IMG/VR virus record: IMGVR_UViG_3300028588_000068
Location: 1-30,540 of that record
Length of the DNA: 30,540 nucleotides
Direction: 5' to 3' (one strand)
DNA from: a virus
Lineage: Duplodnaviria > Caudoviricetes
This document shows positions 1-7,425 of this stretch, one piece after another (position 1 is the first letter of the stretch; each line of letters starts with the position of its first letter). The position numbers and the translations under genes are program-made. A model generated the notes under the pieces. The model had not been told where the DNA came from. It did no database searches and saw only the letters and a program-made list of their open reading frames with translations.

Positions 1-471
1 TTCGAGAGACACATTCATGAGGCGTTCAGCGGCGGGTGCCAGCCGTTCCTTGTACGCCTGCATGTACCGGGGGAAGGCAGTCGATGTGCCGTGGGGGTCG
101 AGATAGAAGCGCCACCCCGTCTTACGCAGCGTCCCGATTCGGCCTTGAGTGAGTCGGACCCATACGCGCCGGGCCCGCTCGAGGTCATCGAGCCCATCGC
201 GATCGGACGCCCGTTCCATCTCGGACCGAGAGTGCGGCGTCAGCTGACACACGTGCACTAGCTCGTCGGTGCGGTCGCGGAGTACTTCCCAGAACGTCAT
301 CAGGTCGCGGGACAGGTCGTTGACGACTTCCATCCGTTCGACCGGCTTGGCGAGAAGCACCGCGAGGCTGCCACCGAACGGCTCGATGTAGCCGTCGTGG
401 TCCGGGAACAGGGAGATGATCTCGTCTGCCGTGTTGACCTTGGCGCCGTAGTAGGCGAGAGGGGGCATCAT
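1..471 (-). CDS. DNA adenine methyltransferase (Dam/D12 class), 3'-truncated by window edge
   Basis: Not in ORF track. My translation reads MMPPLAYYGAKVNTADEIISLFPDHDGYIEPFGGSLAVLLAKPVERMEVVNDL, with the YxGxK, EPFxG (SAM-binding) and VVND motifs. ATGA overlap with the upstream stop. Confidence 0.9.
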   Translation of the reverse strand, partial: MMPPLAYYGAKVNTADEIISLFPDHDGYIEPFGGSLAVLLAKPVERMEVVNDLSRDLMTFWEVLRDRTDELVHVCQLTPHSRSEMERASDRDGLDDLERARRVWVRLTQGRIGTLRKTGWRFYLDPHGTSTAFPRYMQAYKERLAPAAERLMNVSLE

Positions 472-860
472 CGGGTACTCCGGGGATAGGTGTTCACGGG
501 CTCGTCGACGCGCACTGTGTGCGCACGCTGCTCGGGACCCTGGGCGATGACGAGCGTCCGCGTCGCCGGCATGCCCTGCTGGCCGGGAGCGCCGGGGCGG
601 ATGCCGGTCAAGACGCCGCCGATCGCGAGCTGCGACGGCTCGGCGTGCTGCTCGCGAGTCGACGGGCGACCCGGGATCTCGATCCACTGGCCGTAGTGAC
701 GGAGCGTGAGCAGTCGACACACGGTCTGGTTCACCTGCGGAGCCGCGGCCTCGACCATGGGTGCCGGGCGCAGCGCCTCCGCGATCTGCTCGAGCGCGTT
801 CACCACCCCGTCGAGCAGGGGCCCGCCGGCCTGCGGCGAGCGCTGTCTGTTCCGGCTCAT
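468..860 (-). CDS. Hypothetical protein
   Basis: C-terminal part of ORF 468..1502. ATG at 860 overlaps the stop of 857..1444 (ATGA coupling). Confidence 0.7.
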   Translation of the reverse strand: MSRNRQRSPQAGGPLLDGVVNALEQIAEALRPAPMVEAAAPQVNQTVCRLLTLRHYGQWIEIPGRPSTREQHAEPSQLAIGGVLTGIRPGAPGQQGMPATRTLVIAQGPEQRAHTVRVDEPVNTYPRSTR

Positions 861-1444
861 GCTTCGGGGGTCAGCAGATCGAGGGCGGTCTGGATGGCTT
901 CGCGTTGGTCGTCGGCGGACCACGGGTAGGCGGGATCGACGTTGGTGAGGGTGCGCTCGAGGTAGGTGCGTGCGTTGTCGATGCGCGCCTCGGCGGACTG
1001 TCGGGCTTGGTGCGGGGTCAGGCCGGATGCGAGCTGCAGGGTGAGGACGAAGGGCATCTCGCCCTCCTGCGAGCGCAGTTGCATCTCGACGTAGTTGGTC
1101 GCTTTGATGGCGTCGAAATACTGGGCCATGATCGCGCCGAGCATGGCGATGCGGTACTGCTGGTCCTCGATCGTCATGGTGATCTTGCCGTCGACGTAGT
1201 CCTGGTAGATGACGCGCATCTCGTCGTCGGTCGAGCGGGGTGGGCGCTTCCCTGTGGTGCGGCGGGGACCGAACCCGTCGGCGGGTGCGTTGATCTGCAT
1301 CGACTGGCCCTTGAACTCGAGCATCGTCTCGCCGGTGCCGTAGACGCGCTCGACGCAGTCCGTGATCATGGCCATCGCTGACGCTGGGATGGGGAGCGCG
1401 AATACGGCGACGCCCTGGCCGGGGTCGATCTCGGTCGCGCTCAT
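857..1444 (-). CDS. Hypothetical protein
   Basis: 195-aa ORF with natural composition, coupled by 4-bp overlaps on both sides. Confidence 0.8.
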   Translation of the reverse strand: MSATEIDPGQGVAVFALPIPASAMAMITDCVERVYGTGETMLEFKGQSMQINAPADGFGPRRTTGKRPPRSTDDEMRVIYQDYVDGKITMTIEDQQYRIAMLGAIMAQYFDAIKATNYVEMQLRSQEGEMPFVLTLQLASGLTPHQARQSAEARIDNARTYLERTLTNVDPAYPWSADDQREAIQTALDLLTPEA

Positions 1445-1959
1445 GCGGTCGCCTCACCCTCGGGCTCGATCGGCTCGGTGCAGTTCGCGCACTCAGACTC
1501 ACGCAGCGGGATTGTTGTCACGACGCCGTGGGTGCCATGCGAGTAGTGGTCGTGGCCGATCGGCTCGGGACCGCACGGGTACGGCTTGATGGCGTACGGG
1601 TCGACGCCGTAGTGCTCGGCACGCTCCCACGCCAGCTCACCGGACTCGTCTGTCGCCTGACCCGCAGCCCAACCCCACGCGGCGTCACCGGTCAGACCCT
1701 GCGCCATAGCGTCAGCCATGAAGGCGAGGCGGCGGGCATCGATGAGCCGCATGGTCCTGTCCGACGCCTCGCGGGCGGTCTCCTGGCTGTCGAGCAGCTT
1801 GAACCAGCCAGTGCCCTCCACCTCGAGCCCCATCGCCCGGGCGTAGAGCCGCGGCACCTCGACGTCGAGAGAGCGGACCTCCCATTCTCCGCCGGCGGGG
1901 TAGATCTCGTGGGCGTAGCGGCGCTTCGTGCGTCGGGCGGCGCTGATCGTCTCGGTCAT
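1441..1959 (-). CDS. Hypothetical protein with C-terminal Cys/His cluster
   Basis: 172-aa ORF with AAGGAG RBS; contains CGPEP..H..H and CxxC. Confidence 0.8.
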   Translation of the reverse strand: MTETISAARRTKRRYAHEIYPAGGEWEVRSLDVEVPRLYARAMGLEVEGTGWFKLLDSQETAREASDRTMRLIDARRLAFMADAMAQGLTGDAAWGWAAGQATDESGELAWERAEHYGVDPYAIKPYPCGPEPIGHDHYSHGTHGVVTTIPLRESECANCTEPIEPEGEATA

Positions 1960-2117
1960 GCTGTGGCTCCTTCTGCGAGGGCGGGCGTGGTTCGGGTGCT
2001 GGCGACGAGGCTGCGGACGGCGTTGACAGCCGCTCGCGCCTCTGCGCTGGTGAGGGCGGCGTGCACGGCTCGTGCGGCCTCGATGCCGGCCGTGACGGTG
2101 TGACTCGTGATCTTCAT
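1956..2117 (-). CDS. Small hypothetical protein (53 aa)
   Basis: Below ORF-track cutoff. MKITSHTVTAG...EGATA fills the gap with ATGA overlaps at both ends and a GAGG RBS. Confidence 0.65.
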   Translation of the reverse strand: MKITSHTVTAGIEAARAVHAALTSAEARAAVNAVRSLVASTRTTPALAEGATA

Positions 2118-2326
2118 GGGCGGGTACCTCTCGTGGATGCGATGCGGGCGCGCTCGGCGTTGTCGATCGCGCGGCGGTTGGTCAGGTCTGGCAGCGAGCC
2201 GGGGGCCTCTGTGCGGCGGAGGCGGGAGACGAGTTCGGCGTGCGACTCCCCCGAGTGCGACACGCGCTCGGCCTCGAGGCGGTCGAGCATGTCCGAAGTG
2301 ACGGCGTGCTCGAACAGGACGCCCAT
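2114..2326 (-). CDS. Hypothetical protein
   Basis: 70-aa ORF, translationally coupled in the operon. Confidence 0.7.
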   Translation of the reverse strand: MGVLFEHAVTSDMLDRLEAERVSHSGESHAELVSRLRRTEAPGSLPDLTNRRAIDNAERARIASTRGTRP

Positions 2327-2574
2327 CAGTCGGCGTCCTTGAACGCGTAGTCCTTGCCCTGCCCGTGGTGGCGGGCCTGCTCGACCGACGCCGCGTACGG
2401 GGTGTATGGCACGCCGGTTGCCGGGGTGAGCCCGGCCTGTGCGAGCTCGGCGGCGTAGGCGGCCTCGAACTCAGCGACCGCTGCGGGGTCGTTCGCCCGA
2501 CCGATGAGCAGGTCCATGACGGGCCGGGAAGGTGCGGGGTGCCACGGCTTCGAGCCGTACGGGTCGTAGGCCAT
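2326..2574 (-). CDS. Hypothetical protein
   Basis: Start moved to ATG 2574 (MAYDPYG), TGATG coupling, GGAGG RBS. Confidence 0.7.
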   Translation of the reverse strand: MAYDPYGSKPWHPAPSRPVMDLLIGRANDPAAVAEFEAAYAAELAQAGLTPATGVPYTPYAASVEQARHHGQGKDYAFKDAD

Positions 2575-3302
2575 CAGTTCGCCTCCGCATCGAGGAACTT
2601 CTGCCACTCGGCCCAGTCGTTCTTGATCGAGCTGATGACGAACCCAGTCGGCGAGTTCGGGGTGCCAGCGGCACGGCCGAGGATCGTCGAGACGACCCGG
2701 ACGACGTCAGTCGGCGGGAAGATGCGACCTGCGTGGCGGCCAAGGGCGGTCCTGACCTTGGTGAAGTCCACGCCAAGATTCGACAGCTGCCTCGAACACA
2801 GCTCCTCGACAGATTCCTCATCCGTCACGGCTCGCGCTTCAGTCTCTGGGACTGGAGGTATCTCGGTAACTGGTTCTACTGGGGATGGGACTGGGGATGG
2901 GGGAGGCGTTACTGACGCGTCGCTAACGCCGTTGTCACGCTGCGTGTTACGCGTTACGTCGCCGTTCTGTGATGCGGCACGGCTCTCGCGCCAGCGCTTC
3001 TGCCGGTCGGCGTTCGCCTGGCGGCGGCGCTTCTCCTCGGCCTCGTCGAGGTTGCCGGCCTGCTGCAGCCAGTCGTGGAACGCGTAACCAGTGGGGGTCT
3101 TCTCCCAGAGGCCGGCCTTCACGAGGGCGTTCGCCTGGCCGGTCGTGCCGAGCGATGCGACGACCTCGCGCGGCACGGCGCCGCCGGTGGCGTGGCTCTT
3201 GCACCAGGCGCCAGCACGCGTCCAGAGGCCGATGGCGGCGTTGCCAGCGAGGAGGGCTTTGGGATGGAAGGAGAACTGATCGTCTACGGGGAAGTAAGGC
3301 AT
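2574..3302 (-). CDS. RepA-like / lambda O-like replication initiator
   Basis: N-terminus PYFPVDDQF..HPK..AIGLW..AGAWC and LVKAGLWE..GY.FHDW, then RR.ANADRQKRWRE and a low-complexity linker. This architecture is typical of actinophage replication initiators. Confidence 0.75.
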   Translation of the reverse strand: MPYFPVDDQFSFHPKALLAGNAAIGLWTRAGAWCKSHATGGAVPREVVASLGTTGQANALVKAGLWEKTPTGYAFHDWLQQAGNLDEAEEKRRRQANADRQKRWRESRAASQNGDVTRNTQRDNGVSDASVTPPPSPVPSPVEPVTEIPPVPETEARAVTDEESVEELCSRQLSNLGVDFTKVRTALGRHAGRIFPPTDVVRVVSTILGRAAGTPNSPTGFVISSIKNDWAEWQKFLDAEAN

Positions 3303-3320
3303 GAGGCGTCCTTGCTCGGG

Positions 3321-3665
3321 TCAGGCTGGATCTGTGGTGGTGTCGCGGCCCCAGCGTTTCTGGGCTGCTTGGGGGGACTTGCCTGTCGCCGCCGCGATGG
3401 CGGGCCAGGTCTTGCCCATGGCTCGCTGTCCGTCGACGGCGTGCTGGATGGCTTCTGCGAGTACGTCGGTCATGTGGAGGAGACCGGCGAGTTCGATCTC
3501 GTCTCCGTCTGCGACGCGACGTCCGGCGGCGCGGATGAAGCGCTCGGCGGCGGCGAGGTACTTGGTCGTCTCGACCTCGTAGCGGGCTCTCTTCGATCGT
3601 CGCCTCGGGGGCTGGGCAGTTCGCTGTCCGGCCTCAACCTGAGGCTGCGGTGATTCTGCGGACAT
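3321..3665 (-). CDS. HTH DNA-binding protein
   Basis: Start at ATG 3665 (MSAESP). C-terminal GKTWPAIAAATGKSPQAAQKRW is a helix-turn-helix. Confidence 0.75.
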   Translation of the reverse strand: MSAESPQPQVEAGQRTAQPPRRRSKRARYEVETTKYLAAAERFIRAAGRRVADGDEIELAGLLHMTDVLAEAIQHAVDGQRAMGKTWPAIAAATGKSPQAAQKRWGRDTTTDPA

Positions 3666-4123
3666 CAGGCACCCGCCGCAGCCATGAGTCGAGCGGCCTC
3701 GGTGTCGCTGATGCGCCACCGGAGGCACGAGCCTGATTCGAGGAGGTACCAGCCGTCCCAGTAGCGGACGGGCACGGTCGCGGCGACGACGTCGACACGG
3801 TTCCGGGGCAGCTTCCAGCCGTTGTCGAGGCACACTGCGGCGAAGTCGGCGGAGGACGTCTCGAGGGTGTTGTGGTGCTGGCACATGGCTATCAGGTAGG
3901 CGGGGCCGTCGAAGAGGGCGGACCCGCCGGCGCCGCGGCCGACGCGGTGCTGCATCGTCAGGCCGGAGGTGCAGGGGTTCGTCTTGCCCCACTCGGTCAT
4001 CGAGACGACGCAGCGGTAGTCGTCGCGCAGCTCGACCATGGGCCGGATGCTCGACACCTGCGCCCGCGACTGCTCCCCCAGCGTCCGCCGCTTCGTGGAC
4101 GGCTTGGGGTAGGCCGGGCTCAC
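3665..4123 (-). CDS. HNH endonuclease family protein
   Basis: RDDYRCV..C..QHR.GRG.GG..LIAMCQHHN pattern. GTG 4123 overlaps the upstream stop. Confidence 0.75.
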   Translation of the reverse strand: MSPAYPKPSTKRRTLGEQSRAQVSSIRPMVELRDDYRCVVSMTEWGKTNPCTSGLTMQHRVGRGAGGSALFDGPAYLIAMCQHHNTLETSSADFAAVCLDNGWKLPRNRVDVVAATVPVRYWDGWYLLESGSCLRWRISDTEAARLMAAAGA

Positions 4124-4551
4124 GAGCGCCGCTCGGCACGCTCGGCGTGGATCTCGTCCTCGAGGCGGCGGTCGATGGCCTGCACCCACTGCTGCGCCAC
4201 GGCCGCGACCTGGATCAACTCCGCGCGCAGCTTGATCGGATCCTTCTCGGCGACCGCCTCGGTGAACTCCTCGAAGAGGATGTCAGTCCACGTGACGTTC
4301 CCGTGTGCGGCGGCGACGTCAGTGACCTCGGTCGCAGCAGAGGCAAGGGTGGAAGCCTTGATCGTCGTGAGAGAGCCGGTGTGAGCATCTCGGTAGGCCT
4401 CGCGGAAGACGATGTCTCCGAGCGGCTGAGTGTCGGGCCCGGTGCCGTCGGGGTGGTTCTGCTCGCCCCACTTGGCGTCTTGGCGTGCTCGCTCGGCGAG
4501 GACTTCCTGGGCGATGACGTGTGCTGCTGCTGCGGTGTGAAGGTCAGCCAC
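4120..4551 (-). CDS. MazG-like nucleotide pyrophosphohydrolase
   Basis: ERARQDAKWGEQNH ... ILFEEFTEAV ... LRAELIQVAAVA, an all-alpha NTP-PPase-type EExxE motif. Confidence 0.7.
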   Translation of the reverse strand: MADLHTAAAAHVIAQEVLAERARQDAKWGEQNHPDGTGPDTQPLGDIVFREAYRDAHTGSLTTIKASTLASAATEVTDVAAAHGNVTWTDILFEEFTEAVAEKDPIKLRAELIQVAAVAQQWVQAIDRRLEDEIHAERAERRS

Positions 4552-4648
4552 GGGGTGTCCTTTCGCGGGATGCGTGCTTGTAGATGACGAGGGCGGCGAC
4601 GAACACGACGAGGAGTCCGACGTCGGGGTGGGTGAGGAACGCGATCAC
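4544..4648 (-). CDS. Small membrane protein (34 aa)
   Basis: GTG 4648 overlaps the upstream stop; hydrophobic stretch VGLLVVFVAALVIY. Confidence 0.55.
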   Translation of the reverse strand: MIAFLTHPDVGLLVVFVAALVIYKHASRERTPRG

Positions 4649-4932
4649 AGGCGGTGTCCGATCGAGGCGAAGCGGTAGAGGCTGCGGAACCGGGTGCGGT
4701 GTCCGCACTTGGCGCAGCGGACGTAGTTGTCGCTGGCCTGGAAGTCGTCGGCGTGGGCGTCGCAGATCTCGATCTGCTGTCCGCAGCAGGCCTTCGTGCC
4801 GACCTGCATGGCGGGTGCTGTGCACTCGATGCCGGTGGCGATGACCTTGCAGATCTGGACGGGCTTCGTGAAGAAGTCCAGCTCCTTGAGGTCGGCGAGC
4901 TGCTCGGGCGTGAATGGGGTGTCGGCGCTCAT
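4645..4932 (-). CDS. Cys-rich, putative zinc-binding protein
   Basis: 95 aa with CC, CDAH and CAKC motifs; coupled in the operon. Confidence 0.7.
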   Translation of the reverse strand: MSADTPFTPEQLADLKELDFFTKPVQICKVIATGIECTAPAMQVGTKACCGQQIEICDAHADDFQASDNYVRCAKCGHRTRFRSLYRFASIGHRL

Positions 4933-5729
4933 GCGTTCACGACCTGCTTGGAGCTGTTCACGGCGGGAGGGGTGCGCGAGTCGCGGCGGTATCGGTTGAC
5001 GCTGTCCTTGTGGAGGCCGAGGACTTCGGAGATCTCGGCGTCGGACAGGTGGTGGTCGCGGTTGAGGATCAGGACCGCGCTCATGCGCTCGAGGCGGTTC
5101 AGGGTGGGCTTCTCGCCCAGCACGGCGAGCTCGATCGCGATCTCGTCGAGGAACACGGGTGCGGTGTCCTGCGCGGGCTCGTCGGCGTCGATGTCGTCCC
5201 AGGCAAGGGGCGGCAGCCAGCCGAGGGCACGGGCGTAGCCACGGCAGCGCTCAGAGGCGGCACGGTCGTGCTCGGTATCGAGCGGGGGCAGTGTGTTCCA
5301 GAGCTGCTCGTACAGGCCGCAGATCGTCGCGTGCGTCGTCGCACGGATGCTGTCCTGCCGGAGTACTCGACCGAACTGGCGCTGGCTCAGGCCGAGCCGG
5401 TCGGCGAGCTTGTTCTGTGACCAGCCGTTGCAGATGAGGGCCTGAACGCGGCGCCGTGCACCGGTCGCGGGGACGATGGCGAGGGAGTCGACGCTGGCGG
5501 GGACGGAGAGGATCCCCCGGGCGGTCTGCCAGCGCACGCGGGCCGGCATCTGTCCGCGCCGGGTCGCGCCTCGGCGCCCGGCGACGATGACGCGGACGCT
5601 ATCGACGGTGAGACCTGCGAGCTCGGCGACGCGGCGGTAGCCGATGCCCTGGGCGGCGAGGAGGGCGAGGTGTGCGCGGACGACGTCGGCGTCGACGAAG
5701 GCGGGCGCTGCCGTGACGGGGCGCAGCAT
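4929..5729 (-). CDS. Multi-HTH DNA-binding protein
   Basis: Start at ATG 5729 (MLRPVT). Three HTH-like segments: GIGYRRVAELAGLT, GWSQNKLADRLGLS, LSDAEISEVLGLHKDSVNRYR. Confidence 0.8.
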   Translation of the reverse strand: MLRPVTAAPAFVDADVVRAHLALLAAQGIGYRRVAELAGLTVDSVRVIVAGRRGATRRGQMPARVRWQTARGILSVPASVDSLAIVPATGARRRVQALICNGWSQNKLADRLGLSQRQFGRVLRQDSIRATTHATICGLYEQLWNTLPPLDTEHDRAASERCRGYARALGWLPPLAWDDIDADEPAQDTAPVFLDEIAIELAVLGEKPTLNRLERMSAVLILNRDHHLSDAEISEVLGLHKDSVNRYRRDSRTPPAVNSSKQVVNA

Positions 5730-6004
5730 CAGCGGATCCCGACGCTCTGCGCTGTGGCGACGATCTTGTGCACGCTGAGGATGCGCGCGATCGCCTCGAG
5801 GCGGGTGGCGACATGCCCGATGGCGTACCCGCCGACGACACGGTCGTTGACGACGACGGAGGCGTGCACCTTGACCTGGCCGAGGCCGTCGCCCTGGAAC
5901 GTGCCGAGCTGGTAGGCACCATCCTCGAGCTGTGACCCCGTCATCTGCGGAGGGAACGCGAAGACCGTCTGGCCCGTAACGCGGACCCACTTCTCTTCGC
6001 CCAT
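5729..6004 (-). CDS. Hypothetical protein
   Basis: 91-aa ORF with TGATG coupling at both ends. Confidence 0.7.
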   Translation of the reverse strand: MGEEKWVRVTGQTVFAFPPQMTGSQLEDGAYQLGTFQGDGLGQVKVHASVVVNDRVVGGYAIGHVATRLEAIARILSVHKIVATAQSVGIR

Positions 6005-6180
6005 CAGCCGTGAGCCCTACGCGACACCACGACGAGCACGCCCACGAGCACAACGACGAGACACAGAGCAGCCCACAGCGTCTGGGCGGCGTACTCGAGC
6101 ACGAGCAGCACGAAGACGACCGCGAGAGTGGCGGCCAGGGCACGAACGGCGCGGCGAACGCGCAGTGCGGCCGTACTCAT
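6004..6180 (-). CDS. Small two-TM membrane protein (58 aa)
   Basis: Below ORF-track cutoff. Reads MSTAALRVRRAVRALAATLAVVFVLLVLEYAAQTLWAALCLVVVLVGVLVVVSRRAHG; coupled to the downstream gene. Confidence 0.7.
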   Translation of the reverse strand: MSTAALRVRRAVRALAATLAVVFVLLVLEYAAQTLWAALCLVVVLVGVLVVVSRRAHG

Positions 6181-6198
6181 CGGTGTGCACCGAGGGTC

Positions 6199-6230
6199 GG
6201 CGCGGAGGGGGTGGAAGACCCCTCCGCGCC
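6199..6230. other. Strong hairpin in early leader region
   Basis: Perfect 12-bp inverted repeat GGCGCGGAGGGG / CCCCTCCGCGCC with 8-nt loop; no U-tract. Confidence 0.55.
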
Positions 6231-6347
6231 TCCGTCGACCGTGCCGAGGGAAGGAATGACCCCGGTCATGTCGGCGGCTGCTCCTACAGTTGCGTCATCG
6301 GCAACCGGTGTTCCTAGCACCAGAGCCACAACAGAAGGAGAAGTCTC

Positions 6348-6596
6348 ATGAAGTACAGCGCCTACGTCGTGAACGACGAGTTCGCACCCATCACTTCGGC
6401 ACTCAACGCACGCCGCGAAATGCTCTTCCACGAGCTCCACGACATGGCCCCGGGCCCCGAGAAGATCGACAACGCGATCAACGGATTGCTCAGCCTCATG
6501 GCAGACGTCATCGTGGCGGTCCACACCCTCGAGACCGGGATCTCCCCCAGCCTGGGTATGGAAGTCGAAGGCTTCGACGGCCCCGACGGCAAATGA
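6348..6596 (+). CDS. Hypothetical protein, counter-oriented within the early operon
   Basis: 82 aa, strong AGAAGGAG RBS, GC3-rich codons, candidate -10 TACAGT at 6285-6290. Confidence 0.75.
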   Translation: MKYSAYVVNDEFAPITSALNARREMLFHELHDMAPGPEKIDNAINGLLSLMADVIVAVHTLETGISPSLGMEVEGFDGPDGK

Positions 6597-6622
6597 CATC
6601 GGCGGGAACTCTCGGAGGAGAC

Positions 6623-6835
6623 TCAAGCGACACCGTCCTCTGAGCCTGCTGCGGGAGAAGCGAGCGCTTCGACCTCGGCGATGAGGTAGCGACGGTGCCC
6701 GGAAGGAAGCTTCACGGGGTGCAGCTTTCCCAGCGATTCAAGGCTCAACAGTGTCGAACGGCTGACGCTTAAACGAGCCTGCGCCCAGCTCGAAGTCGCC
6801 AACGCATCTTGGGTCGCAATAGTTGGTTTCTGCAT
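6623..6835 (-). CDS. Excisionase / Cro-like MerR-type HTH protein
   Basis: Start at ATG 6835. LSVSRSTL..LE..GKLHPVKLPSGHRRY..EVEAL is a winged-HTH Xis-like motif. First gene divergent from the repressor. Confidence 0.8.
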   Translation of the reverse strand: MQKPTIATQDALATSSWAQARLSVSRSTLLSLESLGKLHPVKLPSGHRRYLIAEVEALASPAAGSEDGVA

Positions 6836-6841
6836 ACGAGG

Positions 6842-6870
6842 ACCATACGACCCGGTCCAGTCGATTGCAA
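6842..6870 (-). promoter_or_regulatory. Early lytic promoter (leaderless)
   Basis: Minus strand TTGCAA-17 nt-TATGGT, then 6 nt, then the ATG of the Xis/Cro-like gene. Confidence 0.7.
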
Positions 6871-6905
6871 GCAGATTCTGCCTAATTAACCGCACAAAAC
6901 GATTC

Positions 6906-6935
6906 TGGACAAAACAACTAGTTCTGCCCTACGCT
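6906..6935 (+). promoter_or_regulatory. Repressor promoter (leaderless)
   Basis: TGGACA-18 nt-TACGCT, then 6 nt, then ATG 6942; no Shine-Dalgarno. Confidence 0.65.
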
Positions 6936-6941
6936 GCCAGC

Positions 6942-7310
6942 ATGTCGATCAACACTGCGCTGCCTGGCGAAATGGACGGACTGACCGCCGATGCGGAAGT
7001 CGGCCTGAGAGTTCACACCCTTATGTGGGAGCGACGCATGACCCAGGCGCAACTCGGAGAGAAGCTGGGGCTGTCGCAGACCGGCGTTGGCAGACGACTC
7101 CGAGGGACGAACGGCTGGTCGGTCGCAGATTTGCGGGCCACTGCCCGCGTCCTTGGCGTGACAGTTGCCTACCTCGTTGGAGAGGAAGGGGTAAATCCGA
7201 CGCCCGGCAGCGTGAAGAGTCAGCCTTCAGATTACTCAGCCGACCATCGGGCCCCCGTTGTGTCGCTCTTCAGCCGTCGCGAGCTGGCCCGCGTCGCTGC
7301 CGCGCACTGA
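6942..7310 (+). CDS. Immunity repressor (XRE HTH) with C-terminal tail ending VAAAH
   Basis: MTQAQLGEKLGLSQTGVGRRLRG..WSVADL..A.VLGVTVAYLVG is an HTH_XRE pattern. Lies upstream of and co-oriented with the integrase. Confidence 0.9.
   Translation: MSINTALPGEMDGLTADAEVGLRVHTLMWERRMTQAQLGEKLGLSQTGVGRRLRGTNGWSVADLRATARVLGVTVAYLVGEEGVNPTPGSVKSQPSDYSADHRAPVVSLFSRRELARVAAAH
7221..7242. other. Putative attP core inside the repressor gene
   Basis: CAGCCTTC-AGATTA-CTCAGCCG. CAGATTA (7228-7234) is the reverse complement of TAATCTG in the tRNA-Arg anticodon arm, and the 8-bp arm is shared with the tRNA. Confidence 0.7.
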
Positions 7311-7425
7311 CTGTTCTGCCTGTCCTCCGCGCGGTAACGATATGAGTACGCCTCACGCCAACACGCGTTGGCTATCCGTAGTTTCGACTGACCCCCACAC
7401 ACCCGATACCGGTGAGGATCAGAAC

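Noticed and set aside
1441-1975. Adjacent proteins ending in similar EGEATA / EGATA tails
   Set aside because: Explained by the next gene's Shine-Dalgarno and ATGA overlap being encoded in the tail.
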